DNA of 64,000 nucleotides from an uncultured Candidatus Saccharibacteria bacterium (GCA_964493085.1 CAZBLV010000013.1:66033-130032); one strand, 5' to 3'; counted from the stretch's first letter, positions 1 through 8,433 are shown. Numbers and translations are program-made. Notes: generated by a model from the sequence alone, not told the origin.

Positions 1-209
1 GCGCCATGCTAGTGAGAGTTGACAAATTAGGTAGGATTCTTGTTCCTGAGAACTTGAAAGACTACGCAGGATTAAAGAAAAAAGCAGTAATCTGCGGACT
101 CTTTAACAGATTAGAGATTTGGAATAGCGACAGCTGGGAGAAATATAGAGGAAGAGAAGAGAAAAAAGTAGACGACCTTGCTTCAAAATTAGGAGAGCTA
201 GGAGTATAA
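1..209 (+). CDS. mraZ: Transcriptional regulator MraZ, C-terminal part (5' end cut by window edge)
   Basis: ORF 6..209 is open to the window start. It carries the second SpoVT/AbrB-like MraZ repeat (GRILVPENLKDYAGL...RLEIWNSDSW) and lies directly upstream of rsmH, as in dcw clusters. Confidence 0.85.
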   Translation, partial: AMLVRVDKLGRILVPENLKDYAGLKKKAVICGLFNRLEIWNSDSWEKYRGREEKKVDDLASKLGELGV

Positions 210-1106
210 ATGATTCACCGATCGGTTTTAATCGAAGAGGTTATAGAATACCTGAACCCTCAAAAGAATGAAAACATTATTGATTGTACGATCGGAGAAG
301 GGGGCCACGCTTTAGAAATTTTAAAAAAGAACGGTCCGGAAGGAAAGCTGTTGGGGATAGACTGGGATCCGAACCAGCTTGAGAAAGCTAGAAATAATTT
401 GAAAGAGTTTCAAGATAGGATAGTTTTGGTCAATGACAGCTATTCCAATTTAGAAAAGATTGTAAAAGAGAAAGAATTTTATTTAGTGAAAGGAGTTTTT
501 TTTGATCTTGGGATGTCCAGCCGCCAGATAGAAAGAAGCGAGAGGGGATTCTCTTTCCGAAAAGACGAACTTCTCGACATGAGATACAATCTCAAAAATC
601 CTTTGACAGCAGAAATTATTGTCAACCAATGGCCAGAGAAAGAAGTGGAAAGCATTTTAAGGGAATACGGAGAAGAAAAGTACGCCAAGAGAATAGCTCG
701 GGCCATTGCCAGCCGAAGAAAGATAAAGCCCTTTAAAACAAGCAGAGAATTAACAGAGGCTATAAAAAGAGCAGTCCCTTCTCGTTATCTGAAGGGGAAA
801 ATTTCTCCTGCTACCAGAACTTTTCAGGCCTTGAGGATTGCAGTTAACAACGAGTTGGGAAATATAAGAGACGTCCTTCCCCAGGCGCAGAAAATTTTGA
901 GCAACAAGGGCAGGATGGTAATAATTTCTTTTCATTCCTTAGAAGACAGAATAGTCAAGCAATATTTTAAAAAACAGTCAGAAGATTTAAAGATTTTAAC
1001 GCCCAAGCCAGTAAGGGCAAAATCTGAAGAAGAAAAAAATAATATCCGTGCTCGAAGCGCTAAACTCCGAGCAGCAGAAAAAATATGGCAAAAGCAACAG
1101 CACTAA
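210..1106 (+). CDS. rsmH: 16S rRNA (cytosine1402-N4)-methyltransferase RsmH/MraW
   Basis: 298 aa with MraW signatures (GEGGHALEIL, DLGMSSRQIE..RGFSF, SFHSLEDRIVK). It sits in the position after mraZ. Confidence 0.95.
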   Translation: MIHRSVLIEEVIEYLNPQKNENIIDCTIGEGGHALEILKKNGPEGKLLGIDWDPNQLEKARNNLKEFQDRIVLVNDSYSNLEKIVKEKEFYLVKGVFFDLGMSSRQIERSERGFSFRKDELLDMRYNLKNPLTAEIIVNQWPEKEVESILREYGEEKYAKRIARAIASRRKIKPFKTSRELTEAIKRAVPSRYLKGKISPATRTFQALRIAVNNELGNIRDVLPQAQKILSNKGRMVIISFHSLEDRIVKQYFKKQSEDLKILTPKPVRAKSEEEKNNIRARSAKLRAAEKIWQKQQH

Positions 1107-1441
1107 CAATTCCTTTAGTTTACAAGATGGTCGGAAGATTGGGCACAAAGAATATCGCTAAATTATTCTGGGTGCTTGCCATTTTCAGCATTATCTCTTT
1201 CTCTGTCCTGTATATCTATCAGATTACTTCCATAACCGCAGAAGAGTACGGACTTCAGAGAAAAGAAAGTCAATTAATTGCGTTGAGAGCGGAAAACAAG
1301 GAACTGGTAACAAGAATAGCCAAGACAAACTCTTTGAATAATCTGGCCGTTCTCGTAGAAGAAGATCTGGGGTTTGAGAAAGTAGGCACTATAAAATATA
1401 TCGAGGTATCTGATAATCAGATTGTGGAAAGAGGAAAATAA
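1085..1441 (+). CDS. FtsL/DivIC-like cell-division membrane protein
   Basis: One TM helix (LFWVLAIFSIISFSVLYIY) is followed by a coiled-coil segment, in the ftsL slot between rsmH and ftsI. The start could instead be ATG 1127. The stop overlaps the ftsI ATG (TAATG). Confidence 0.55.
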   Translation: MAKATALTIPLVYKMVGRLGTKNIAKLFWVLAIFSIISFSVLYIYQITSITAEEYGLQRKESQLIALRAENKELVTRIAKTNSLNNLAVLVEEDLGFEKVGTIKYIEVSDNQIVERGK

Positions 1442-3105
1442 TGAAAAAGTGGAAGGGTTATTTAATCTTTTCTACAATATTAATTTTAGGGGGGATTGTT
1501 GCCGGAAAACTATTTTTTATTCAGATTCTTCATTATGAGGAGTACAGGGCCTTTGCTCAAGGCCAGCATAAACTTTTTACTCCTTTAACAGGCGAACGGG
1601 GTGGGATTTTTTTTCAAACAGGGGAGATTCTTAGCACCAACATAAGGGAAACCTCCCTTTTTATTTCACCTTATAAAATGGAGGACCAGGGGCAGGTTCT
1701 TGAAAAGATAGGGTCAGTTGTCGGTCAAGAGAAAGAAGAGATGGCAGAGAAAATCGCTGAAGGCGCTTCTTATCTTGAGATTAAAAGGGGATTAACAGAG
1801 GAAGAAACAAAGGAGCTGCGGAAAGCAGATCTGGACGGAGTCTATATCAATACCTTTATGTCCCGCCATTATCCTCAAGAAGAAACAGCAGCCCATGTAG
1901 CAGGTTTTCTGGGAGGCGAAAAAATGGGGCAGTATGGTCTGGAGGGCTATTATGACGATATTCTTGAAGGCAGGGAATCTTACTATGAGGGCAGAAGAAG
2001 CTTTTCTTTCCAAGAAGACTATGCCAAAGGAAGTGATGTTCATCTTACTCTGGATTACAATATCCAATTTGTAGCAGAGAAACTTTTAAGAGAGGCAAAA
2101 GAGGAATTGAAAATTGAAGGCGGCTCTATTATAGTAATGGATCCTTATTCTGGCGAAATAATGGCTTTGGCTAATTTTCCCAGTTATAACCCGAATAATT
2201 ATTCTGAATACGAAGATTATTCTTTTTTTCAAAATCCTGCAATCCAAAACCTCTTTGAGCCGGGATCTATTTTTAAAGCTATTACCATGGCCTCTGCCAT
2301 TGATGCGGGCAAGATAACTCCTCAGACCGCCTATGTGGACAAGGGGATAGTAAAAATAGGGGGGAGGACGATATATAATTACGACCAGCGTTCTTACGGA
2401 GAAAAAACCATGGTCGAGGTTCTGGAAAATTCTATTAATACGGGAGCAGTCTTTGCAGAAAAGACTCTGGGCCATGAAAGATTTTTGGAATACATTGAGA
2501 GGTTTAAATTTTTTCAGCCCACCGGCATAGACCTTCAGGGAGAAGGGTTTTCTGAAAATAAGGAATTTAAAAAAGGCTACGAGATTAATTTCGCTACCGC
2601 TTCCTTCGGGCAAGGGATAGAAATAACTCCCATACAAATGATTCGCGCCTTTTCTGCCATAGCCAACGGGGGAAAGCTGGTGAATCCTCATTTAGCATCG
2701 TATTTTGTTGAAGAAGGCAAGCGGGTTGAGGCAGAATGCGGGGAGCCTGAACAGGTTATTTCTTCTAAGACAGCTTCTCAGGTAGCTGCCATGCTAGTAA
2801 GCGTAGTGGAGAATGGTTTTGCTAAAAAAGCCAAGATTCCAGGATATTATATCGCAGGCAAAACAGGCACAGCCCAGATTCCCTGGTCAAGTCTGGGGAT
2901 AAACAAGAAAGGCTATTCTGACAAAACCTGGCAGAGTTTTGTGGGCTTTGCCCCTGCCTTTAAACCCGAGTTTATAGTTTTGATTAAATTGGACAATCCT
3001 CAAAGCAAAACAGCAGAATATTCAGCAATTCCGCTGTTTCAGGAGCTGACCGAATACATAATTAATTATTTAGGCATTCCTCCAGATTACAATATTGAGG
3101 AATAA
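1441..3105 (+). CDS. ftsI: Class B penicillin-binding protein / peptidoglycan transpeptidase (FtsI/PBP2-like)
   Basis: 554 aa with an N-terminal TM helix and the motifs SxxK (SIFK), SxN (SIN) and KTG (KTGTA). dcw context. Confidence 0.9.
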   Translation: MKKWKGYLIFSTILILGGIVAGKLFFIQILHYEEYRAFAQGQHKLFTPLTGERGGIFFQTGEILSTNIRETSLFISPYKMEDQGQVLEKIGSVVGQEKEEMAEKIAEGASYLEIKRGLTEEETKELRKADLDGVYINTFMSRHYPQEETAAHVAGFLGGEKMGQYGLEGYYDDILEGRESYYEGRRSFSFQEDYAKGSDVHLTLDYNIQFVAEKLLREAKEELKIEGGSIIVMDPYSGEIMALANFPSYNPNNYSEYEDYSFFQNPAIQNLFEPGSIFKAITMASAIDAGKITPQTAYVDKGIVKIGGRTIYNYDQRSYGEKTMVEVLENSINTGAVFAEKTLGHERFLEYIERFKFFQPTGIDLQGEGFSENKEFKKGYEINFATASFGQGIEITPIQMIRAFSAIANGGKLVNPHLASYFVEEGKRVEAECGEPEQVISSKTASQVAAMLVSVVENGFAKKAKIPGYYIAGKTGTAQIPWSSLGINKKGYSDKTWQSFVGFAPAFKPEFIVLIKLDNPQSKTAEYSAIPLFQELTEYIINYLGIPPDYNIEE

Positions 3106-3108
3106 GAT

Positions 3109-4191
3109 ATGGAAACGATTAATAAATTATTTTTTTTGCTTAAAAGGCCCTCCGTGGTTTTAGTAACAGGCAAAGGGTGTTTTTCTGCTTCAGAGGCCAT
3201 TTTTCAGATTTTAAAGGAGGAATTTAAAAGCCAAAAAATTTCTGGATTTAGGGTACCTTGGACTAGGTCTCGCAAAGAGGTTATTGTCCTCTCAAATCCT
3301 CAAATAGAGGAAGAAAAAACAGTTAAGTTTTTGCTTAAAAACTCCAAAAAACCGATTCTGGTTTTAACTCATATCGGCGACATTATCCCTGAAAAAGAAT
3401 CTTTCGAAGGGGAAGAAAAAGGAACAAGGCACCTTAAAGAGACGGCCTCTGTCGTAAAGGAAGAAGGGGGGGTGGTATTGAATTTTGACGATGGAGCGAT
3501 AAAAGGAATTAAAGAATCAATTAAATCCCGCGTTTTGGCTTTTGGCTTTCAGAAGAGATCTGATGTCCGGGCAAGCGATATAAACTTAGATCTGCAAGGG
3601 ACGAACTTTAAGGTTAGCTATCAAAACTATGTTATTCCTCTTTGGCTAAAAAGGGCTTTTGGAAAAGAACAAATTTATGCGGCCCTGGCGGCGGTTTCTG
3701 TAGCTCTTTTGCAGGGGATAAATCTGGTGAGAGCTTCTCAGCTTCTAAAAGAGCATAAGCCCTTGCCCGGCAAAATGAAAATGATAAAAGGCATAAAGGG
3801 GTCTTGGATAATAGACGACACGGCTGCCTCTTTTTCATCTGCAAAAGAGGCAATAGTTGTTTTTTCTAAGATTGGCGAAGGGAATAGAAAAATTGCTGTT
3901 TTGGGCGATGTCTTAAGAACAAAAGAAGACCCCGCTTCTTTCCATGAAGAATTGGGCAGAAGGGCAGCTAAAAGCTGCGACTTATTGTTTGCCGTCGGAT
4001 CCAGGGGTAAATTTTTGGCCAAAGGCGCTCTTGAGGCAGGGATGGAAAATGTTCGTCATTTTTATAATGCCGATCAGGCAAAAAAAGAAATCCAAAAGGA
4101 AATGAAAGAGGGCGATCTTGTTTTGATTTCCTCTTCTGAAGAAACGCCCATGGAAAATATTTTAGAAGAAATAAGGTTTATTAAACCGTAA
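3109..4191 (+). CDS. Mur ligase family protein, MurF-like but with degenerate catalytic motifs
   Basis: 360 aa, colinear with the MurF central and C-terminal domains (VLNFDDG, IIDDTAASFSSAKEA, RKIAVLGDVL..FHEELG). The P-loop reads VTGKGCFS instead of GxxGKT[TS], and DDxYNANP reads DDTAASFS. Confidence 0.6.
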   Translation: METINKLFFLLKRPSVVLVTGKGCFSASEAIFQILKEEFKSQKISGFRVPWTRSRKEVIVLSNPQIEEEKTVKFLLKNSKKPILVLTHIGDIIPEKESFEGEEKGTRHLKETASVVKEEGGVVLNFDDGAIKGIKESIKSRVLAFGFQKRSDVRASDINLDLQGTNFKVSYQNYVIPLWLKRAFGKEQIYAALAAVSVALLQGINLVRASQLLKEHKPLPGKMKMIKGIKGSWIIDDTAASFSSAKEAIVVFSKIGEGNRKIAVLGDVLRTKEDPASFHEELGRRAAKSCDLLFAVGSRGKFLAKGALEAGMENVRHFYNADQAKKEIQKEMKEGDLVLISSSEETPMENILEEIRFIKP

Positions 4192-4313
4192 CAAAAAGTT
4201 TTTAGCTACGTCATAAAATACAGAGCATGGAAATTTCAACAATTACATTAACTGCAGTTAAAAAAGTAGCCGTTTCCGGGATTGGCTAGGTTTTTGAATT
4301 TTTTCAAAGACTT

Positions 4314-4345
4314 AGCCGATCTCTTCTTGGATCGGCTCTTTTTTA
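4314..4345 (+). terminator. Candidate rho-independent terminator
   Basis: Stem AGCCGATC (4314-4321) pairs with GATCGGCT (4330-4337) around an 8-nt loop, followed by CTTTTTT. It lies 120 nt after the Mur-ligase-like stop. Confidence 0.45.
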
Positions 4346-4388
4346 TTGTTCTTTTAAAACCGCGCTGGTCTAACGCAAGGAGAAAGGC

Positions 4389-4532
4389 ATGGAAGACCAA
4401 AAAGAGCAGGAGGCAAGAGAGCAAAGTCTTGCCGAACAGAATTCCTGGCACGCTCAACAGGAGATTCTTAATCAGGGATCTTGCTGGGCTGAAGCTGCTA
4501 ACGGATTCTTTTATTCCCAAAAGGAATGGTGA
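4389..4532 (+). CDS. Small hypothetical protein (47 aa, below ORF-track cutoff)
   Basis: My translation is MEDQKEQEAREQSLAEQNSWHAQQEILNQGSCWAEAANGFFYSQKEW. AAGGAG at 4375-4380 lies 8 nt before the ATG, and a strong terminator begins 19 nt after the TGA. Confidence 0.4.
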   Translation: MEDQKEQEAREQSLAEQNSWHAQQEILNQGSCWAEAANGFFYSQKEW

Positions 4533-4550
4533 TAATGTTCTTTTTAAAAA

Positions 4551-4576
4551 ACGGAGGGCTAAGCCCTCCGTTTTTC
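4551..4576 (+). terminator. Rho-independent terminator
   Basis: Stem ACGGAGGGC (4551-4559) pairs with GCCCTCCGT (4562-4570), followed by TTTTTCTT. Confidence 0.7.
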
Positions 4577-4596
4577 TTGTTCTTTTAAATATTTTG

Positions 4597-4605
4597 TGGT
4601 AAATT
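4597..4605 (+). promoter_or_regulatory. Extended -10 (TGgTAAATT) 8 nt upstream of tRNA-Glu 5' end
   Basis: TG at 4597-4598 and TAAATT at 4600-4605. The mature tRNA 5' G is at 4614. Confidence 0.35.
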
Positions 4606-4613
4606 TTACTTGA

Positions 4614-4685
4614 GCTCCCATCGTCTAACGGCCAGGACGTCAGCTTCTCAAGCTGGTAATATGGGTTCGAGTCCCATTGGGAGCG
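4614..4685 (+). tRNA. tRNA-Glu (anticodon CUC)
   Basis: Manual cloverleaf: acceptor GCTCCCA/TGGGAGC, D arm GTCT..GGAC, anticodon stem TCAGC/GCTGG with loop TTCTCAA, T arm ATGGG-TTCGAGT-CCCAT. No CCA is encoded. Confidence 0.9.
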
Positions 4686-4732
4686 CTTTTATTTTACCTT
4701 TTCACAAAGCTCTCTGAAGATCGTTTCTGATA

Positions 4733-4741
4733 TGTTATAAT
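4733..4741 (+). promoter_or_regulatory. Extended -10 promoter element (TGtTATAAT)
   Basis: TG at 4733-4734 and TATAAT at 4736-4741, 25 nt upstream of the ATPase ATG. Confidence 0.4.
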
Positions 4742-4766
4742 GTAAGAATATCTAAAGTAGCTTTTT

Positions 4767-7445
4767 ATGAATTGGCACTATATCACTCCCCAAAAGGCAG
4801 GATTGCGAATAGATACAGATTTAAAGCAAGGGCTTTCTGAAAAAGAGGCAGAGAAAAGACTGGAAAGCTTTGGAAAAAACGAGCTTCCCCAAAAGAAGCC
4901 GCTTTCCCGAATAAAGCTGATATTGGAACAGGTTAAAAGTCCCCTAATATACATCCTTCTTATTGCAGGGGGGGTTGTTTTATTCTTTAAAGAATACAGC
5001 GATGCTATTGTTATCTTTTTGGCTGTTTTTTTGAATACAATAGTGGGGTATGTTCAAGAAAGCAAAGCCGACCAAGCTCTAAAAAAACTGAAAGAAGTTA
5101 TTAAAATTAAAGCCAAAGCAATCAGAGACAACCGGGAAAAAATTATTTCCTATACTCAACTGGTTCCCGGAGATCTTGTTGTTCTGGAGGCAGGAGACAA
5201 AGTTCCAGCAGACGGCAGAATCATAGAATCCGAAGAGCTAAAGATCAATGAAATGGCTCTGACGGGGGAATGGCTGCCTGCTGCTAAAAAGAAAGACGTT
5301 CTTCCTAAAGATACTCCTGTTCCGGATAGGGACAACATGGTTTTTATGGGTACGGTTGTGGAGAATGGAAGAGGAAAATTTTTGGTAACAGCCACCGGGT
5401 CAGAAACTCAGACAGGCAGAGTGGCCAGCATGGTAAAGGAAACTAAAGAAGAAAAGACCCCCCTTCAAAAGAAAATAGAGGGATTTTCTAAGATTATAGG
5501 AGTGGTAGTTGTTCTTTTGTCCGGCTTAATTTTTATCGACGGAGTCTTAATGGGGAAGGAGTTTCTCGAGATGTTCGTTACTGCAGTGGCTGTAGCAGTG
5601 GCTGCAATACCCGAAGGCTTGCCCGTTGCCGTTACTGTTATTTTAGCAATAGGAATGCAGGCGGTTCTGAAAAAGAAAGGCCTGGTAAGAAGGCTCTTGG
5701 CGGCAGAAACTCTGGGAAGCACGAATATAATATGCACAGACAAAACTCTTAGCTTGACTGAAGGAGAAATGAGGGTAGATAAAGTTATCAGTGGCGAAAG
5801 ACTGTTAAAAGGAGGAGAAGATAAAGGAAAAGAAAAAATATTTCCTCTTGGGATAGCTGCTCTTTCCAACGAAGCTTTTATTGAAAATCCGGAAGATCCT
5901 ATAAAAAAATGGATTGTTAGGGGAAGGCCTACGGATAAGGGTCTTTTGATGGGGGCTGTTAAGGCCGGTGTTAATAAAAAGAAGATGGAAGAGAAGATGC
6001 CTAGAATAAAACATCTGCCCTTTAATTCTGAAAACAAATTTATAGCCAGCCTTAACCAGTCCGGCAAAAACCAAGAAGTTCTGAACTTAGCGGGCGCTCC
6101 TGAAAAGATAATGGAAATTTCCAGCTTTATTGAATTGGAAGGGAAAAAAAGAAAATTTACTTCAAAGAAAAGGGAAGAAGTTAAAGAAAGATTGGATCAA
6201 ATGGCCTCCCAGGGTCTTAGAGTGGTGGCTGTGGCCTATAAAAAGACAAAGGGAGAGAAGAAGAAGCTGGAAGAGGCCAGAGACAAGGATAAACAAAAAG
6301 AAATAACTAATATCTGCAAAGATCTTGTTTTCGTGGGACTGGTCGGCCTGAAAGACCCTTTGAGAAGAGGCGTAAAGGAAGCTATAAAAACTGTAAGGAA
6401 AGCAGGGATGAAACTCATTATGGTAACTGGCGATTATGAAATTACAGCCAAGGCCATTGCTAAGGAGATAGGCCTCAAAACTGAATCCTGCAATGTAATC
6501 AAGGGAGACGATCTAGACAAGCTTTCAGAGAAAGAGTTTGAAAACAGAATCAAAGATATTGAGATATATGCCAGGTCAGAACCCAAACATAAAATGAGGA
6601 TCGTTAAAGCTTGGCAGGACCGGGGAGAAGTGGTAGCGATGACAGGCGACGGAATTAACGACGCCCCGGCCCTGAAGAAAGCTGATATCGGAGTAGCCCT
6701 AGGTTCTGGCACGGAGGTGGCCAAAGAAGTGGCAGACCTGGTTCTTTTAAACGATAATTTTAATGTTATAGTAATCGCAATAGAGCAAGGAAGAAAGATA
6801 TTAGACAATATTAGAAAAGTAATTACCTATTTGTTAAGCGACTCTTTTACGGAAACCATTCTGATTGCGGGAGCCTTGCTTTTCCGTTTCCCTCTGCCCA
6901 TAACCGCTGTCCAGATTTTATGGATTAATCTGATCGAAGACGGCTTGCCTAATATTGCTTTGTCCTTTGAGCCCAAAGAGAAAGGAATCATGGACAGGAA
7001 GCCGGAAGGAAGAAAAAAAGTCCTTACCAGAGAAATGAAGGCCATCATATTTATCATCGGCCTTACTACCGACCTTATTCTGTTAGGATTGTTCTTCTGG
7101 CTTTGGCAGAGAGAGCATGCAATTGATCATGTAAGAACAATGATTTTCGCTTGCCTTGCCATTGATTCACTTTTTTTTGTTTTTTCCTGCAAGAGCTTAA
7201 GCGCTAACGTTTGGCACATTAACCCGTTTTCCAACAAGTTTTTAATTTGGTCCTTAGTGGCAGGAGCAGTCGCTTTGGTCGCTGCAATATATTTACCTCC
7301 TCTGCAATCGCTCTTAGAAACTGTGCCCTTAAGTCCTTGGGACTGGGTTGTTGTTTCTCTGCTGGGCGTAGTTAATATAACTCTTATTGAAATAACAAAA
7401 TGGTTTTTTATAGTAAAAGAAAAAAGAAGAAATGATGCTTCTTAA
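4767..7445 (+). CDS. P-type cation-transporting ATPase (Ca2+/P2-type-like)
   Basis: 892 aa with PEGLP, MVTGD, TGDGINDAPALKKADIG and 10-TM topology. The phosphorylation motif is DKTLSLT (canonical DKTGTLT) and the A-domain motif is TGEW (canonical TGES). Confidence 0.9.
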   Translation: MNWHYITPQKAGLRIDTDLKQGLSEKEAEKRLESFGKNELPQKKPLSRIKLILEQVKSPLIYILLIAGGVVLFFKEYSDAIVIFLAVFLNTIVGYVQESKADQALKKLKEVIKIKAKAIRDNREKIISYTQLVPGDLVVLEAGDKVPADGRIIESEELKINEMALTGEWLPAAKKKDVLPKDTPVPDRDNMVFMGTVVENGRGKFLVTATGSETQTGRVASMVKETKEEKTPLQKKIEGFSKIIGVVVVLLSGLIFIDGVLMGKEFLEMFVTAVAVAVAAIPEGLPVAVTVILAIGMQAVLKKKGLVRRLLAAETLGSTNIICTDKTLSLTEGEMRVDKVISGERLLKGGEDKGKEKIFPLGIAALSNEAFIENPEDPIKKWIVRGRPTDKGLLMGAVKAGVNKKKMEEKMPRIKHLPFNSENKFIASLNQSGKNQEVLNLAGAPEKIMEISSFIELEGKKRKFTSKKREEVKERLDQMASQGLRVVAVAYKKTKGEKKKLEEARDKDKQKEITNICKDLVFVGLVGLKDPLRRGVKEAIKTVRKAGMKLIMVTGDYEITAKAIAKEIGLKTESCNVIKGDDLDKLSEKEFENRIKDIEIYARSEPKHKMRIVKAWQDRGEVVAMTGDGINDAPALKKADIGVALGSGTEVAKEVADLVLLNDNFNVIVIAIEQGRKILDNIRKVITYLLSDSFTETILIAGALLFRFPLPITAVQILWINLIEDGLPNIALSFEPKEKGIMDRKPEGRKKVLTREMKAIIFIIGLTTDLILLGLFFWLWQREHAIDHVRTMIFACLAIDSLFFVFSCKSLSANVWHINPFSNKFLIWSLVAGAVALVAAIYLPPLQSLLETVPLSPWDWVVVSLLGVVNITLIEITKWFFIVKEKRRNDAS

Positions 7446-8394
7446 CATTACAATCTTTATATCCTCTGTAGCCCTTCTTTTCTTTTCAGGATCAAAGCTG
7501 GTAAGGGCTCTAATGAGAATAGGAAGATTTCTGGGCTGGCGTGAGTTTGTAGTAGCTTTCTTTATAATGGCAATTGCGGGCACTGTTCCCAATCTTTTTG
7601 TCGGAATCAACTCTGCCCTTAAGGGGATTCCAGAGCTTTCTTTTGGAGAAATCATGGGAGGAAATGTGCTGGATTTGACGCTGGCCGTGGGGCTGGCAGT
7701 AATTATAGGAAAGGGCTCTCTTTCAGCTGGCAGCCGCATGGTGCAGTCAAGCGCAGTCTTTACTGTTGGGATAGCCTTACTTCCTATCCTTCTTATCTTA
7801 GACGGCAGACTGGGGAGAATAGACGGGGGAGTTCTTCTCCTGGCTTTTGCTTTCTATACTTATTGGCTTTTTTCCAAAGAGGAAAGATTTAAGCAGCTTT
7901 ACGATGGACAAGAAGAAAAAAGACCGATCAAAAAATTCAGCACTTTTTTAAAAGATCTTTGGAGAGTAGTGCTTTTCTTGGCTCTTCTTCTGCTTGCCTC
8001 GGAAGGAATTGTAGCCAGCGCCCAGAACTTTTCTGCTTTTTTAGGGATAGGAATTTCTACAGTGGGAATACTGATTGTAGGAGTAGGGAATGCCCTTCCT
8101 GAGACATATTTTGCCGTGGCTTCTGCGAGAAGGGGCCAAGGATGGATGATATTGGGAGACCTTATGGGGTCTGTAATAGCCTGCACCACCCTTGTTCTTG
8201 GCGTAGTGGCTTTAATTCAGCCCTTTGTTATTGAAAACTTTTCTCCTTTTGCTACAGCCAGAATGTTTCTGATAATATCTGCCTTATTCTTCTGGTTTAG
8301 CGTAAAAACAAACCACGAGATAAGCAAGAAGGAGGGATTAATGCTTATCCTTATATATATTATTTTCGTAGTTCTAGAGACAATTTTAAGCTAA
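7432..8394 (+). CDS. Ca2+/cation antiporter (CaCA / YrbG-like Na+/Ca2+ exchanger family)
   Basis: 320 aa polytopic protein with two alpha-repeat motifs (GGNVLDLTLAVG and GVGNALPETYFA). It overlaps the ATPase stop by 14 nt. Confidence 0.85.
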   Translation: MMLLNITIFISSVALLFFSGSKLVRALMRIGRFLGWREFVVAFFIMAIAGTVPNLFVGINSALKGIPELSFGEIMGGNVLDLTLAVGLAVIIGKGSLSAGSRMVQSSAVFTVGIALLPILLILDGRLGRIDGGVLLLAFAFYTYWLFSKEERFKQLYDGQEEKRPIKKFSTFLKDLWRVVLFLALLLLASEGIVASAQNFSAFLGIGISTVGILIVGVGNALPETYFAVASARRGQGWMILGDLMGSVIACTTLVLGVVALIQPFVIENFSPFATARMFLIISALFFWFSVKTNHEISKKEGLMLILIYIIFVVLETILS

Positions 8395-8433
8395 TGCTTG
8401 ATTTTTATATCATAAAAAGATAATATAGTGACC

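Noticed and set aside
2086-2691. Long antisense ORFs opposite well-supported genes. Examples are 2086..2691(-), 5465..6067(-), 10948..11340(+), 12346..12762(+), 40672..41157(-), 41990..42391(-), 45960..46469(-), 49659..50045(-), 52371..52778(-), 56466..56900(-) and 62101..62484(-).
   Set aside because: They lie fully inside genes with strong family signatures. Their translations are low-complexity and rich in Ser, Phe, Leu and Pro, as expected from the complement of purine-rich (AAG/GAA) coding strands. None has an RBS, a -10 box or a terminator.
4248-4602. Track ORFs 4248..4520(-) of 90 aa and 4282..4602(+) of 106 aa.
   Set aside because: The plus-strand ORF reads straight through two terminator hairpins and has a junk-like basic sequence. 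The minus-strand ORF needs a TTG start with no RBS. The 47-aa plus-strand ORF 4389..4532, with AAGGAG and a terminator, explains the signals better, though only tentatively.
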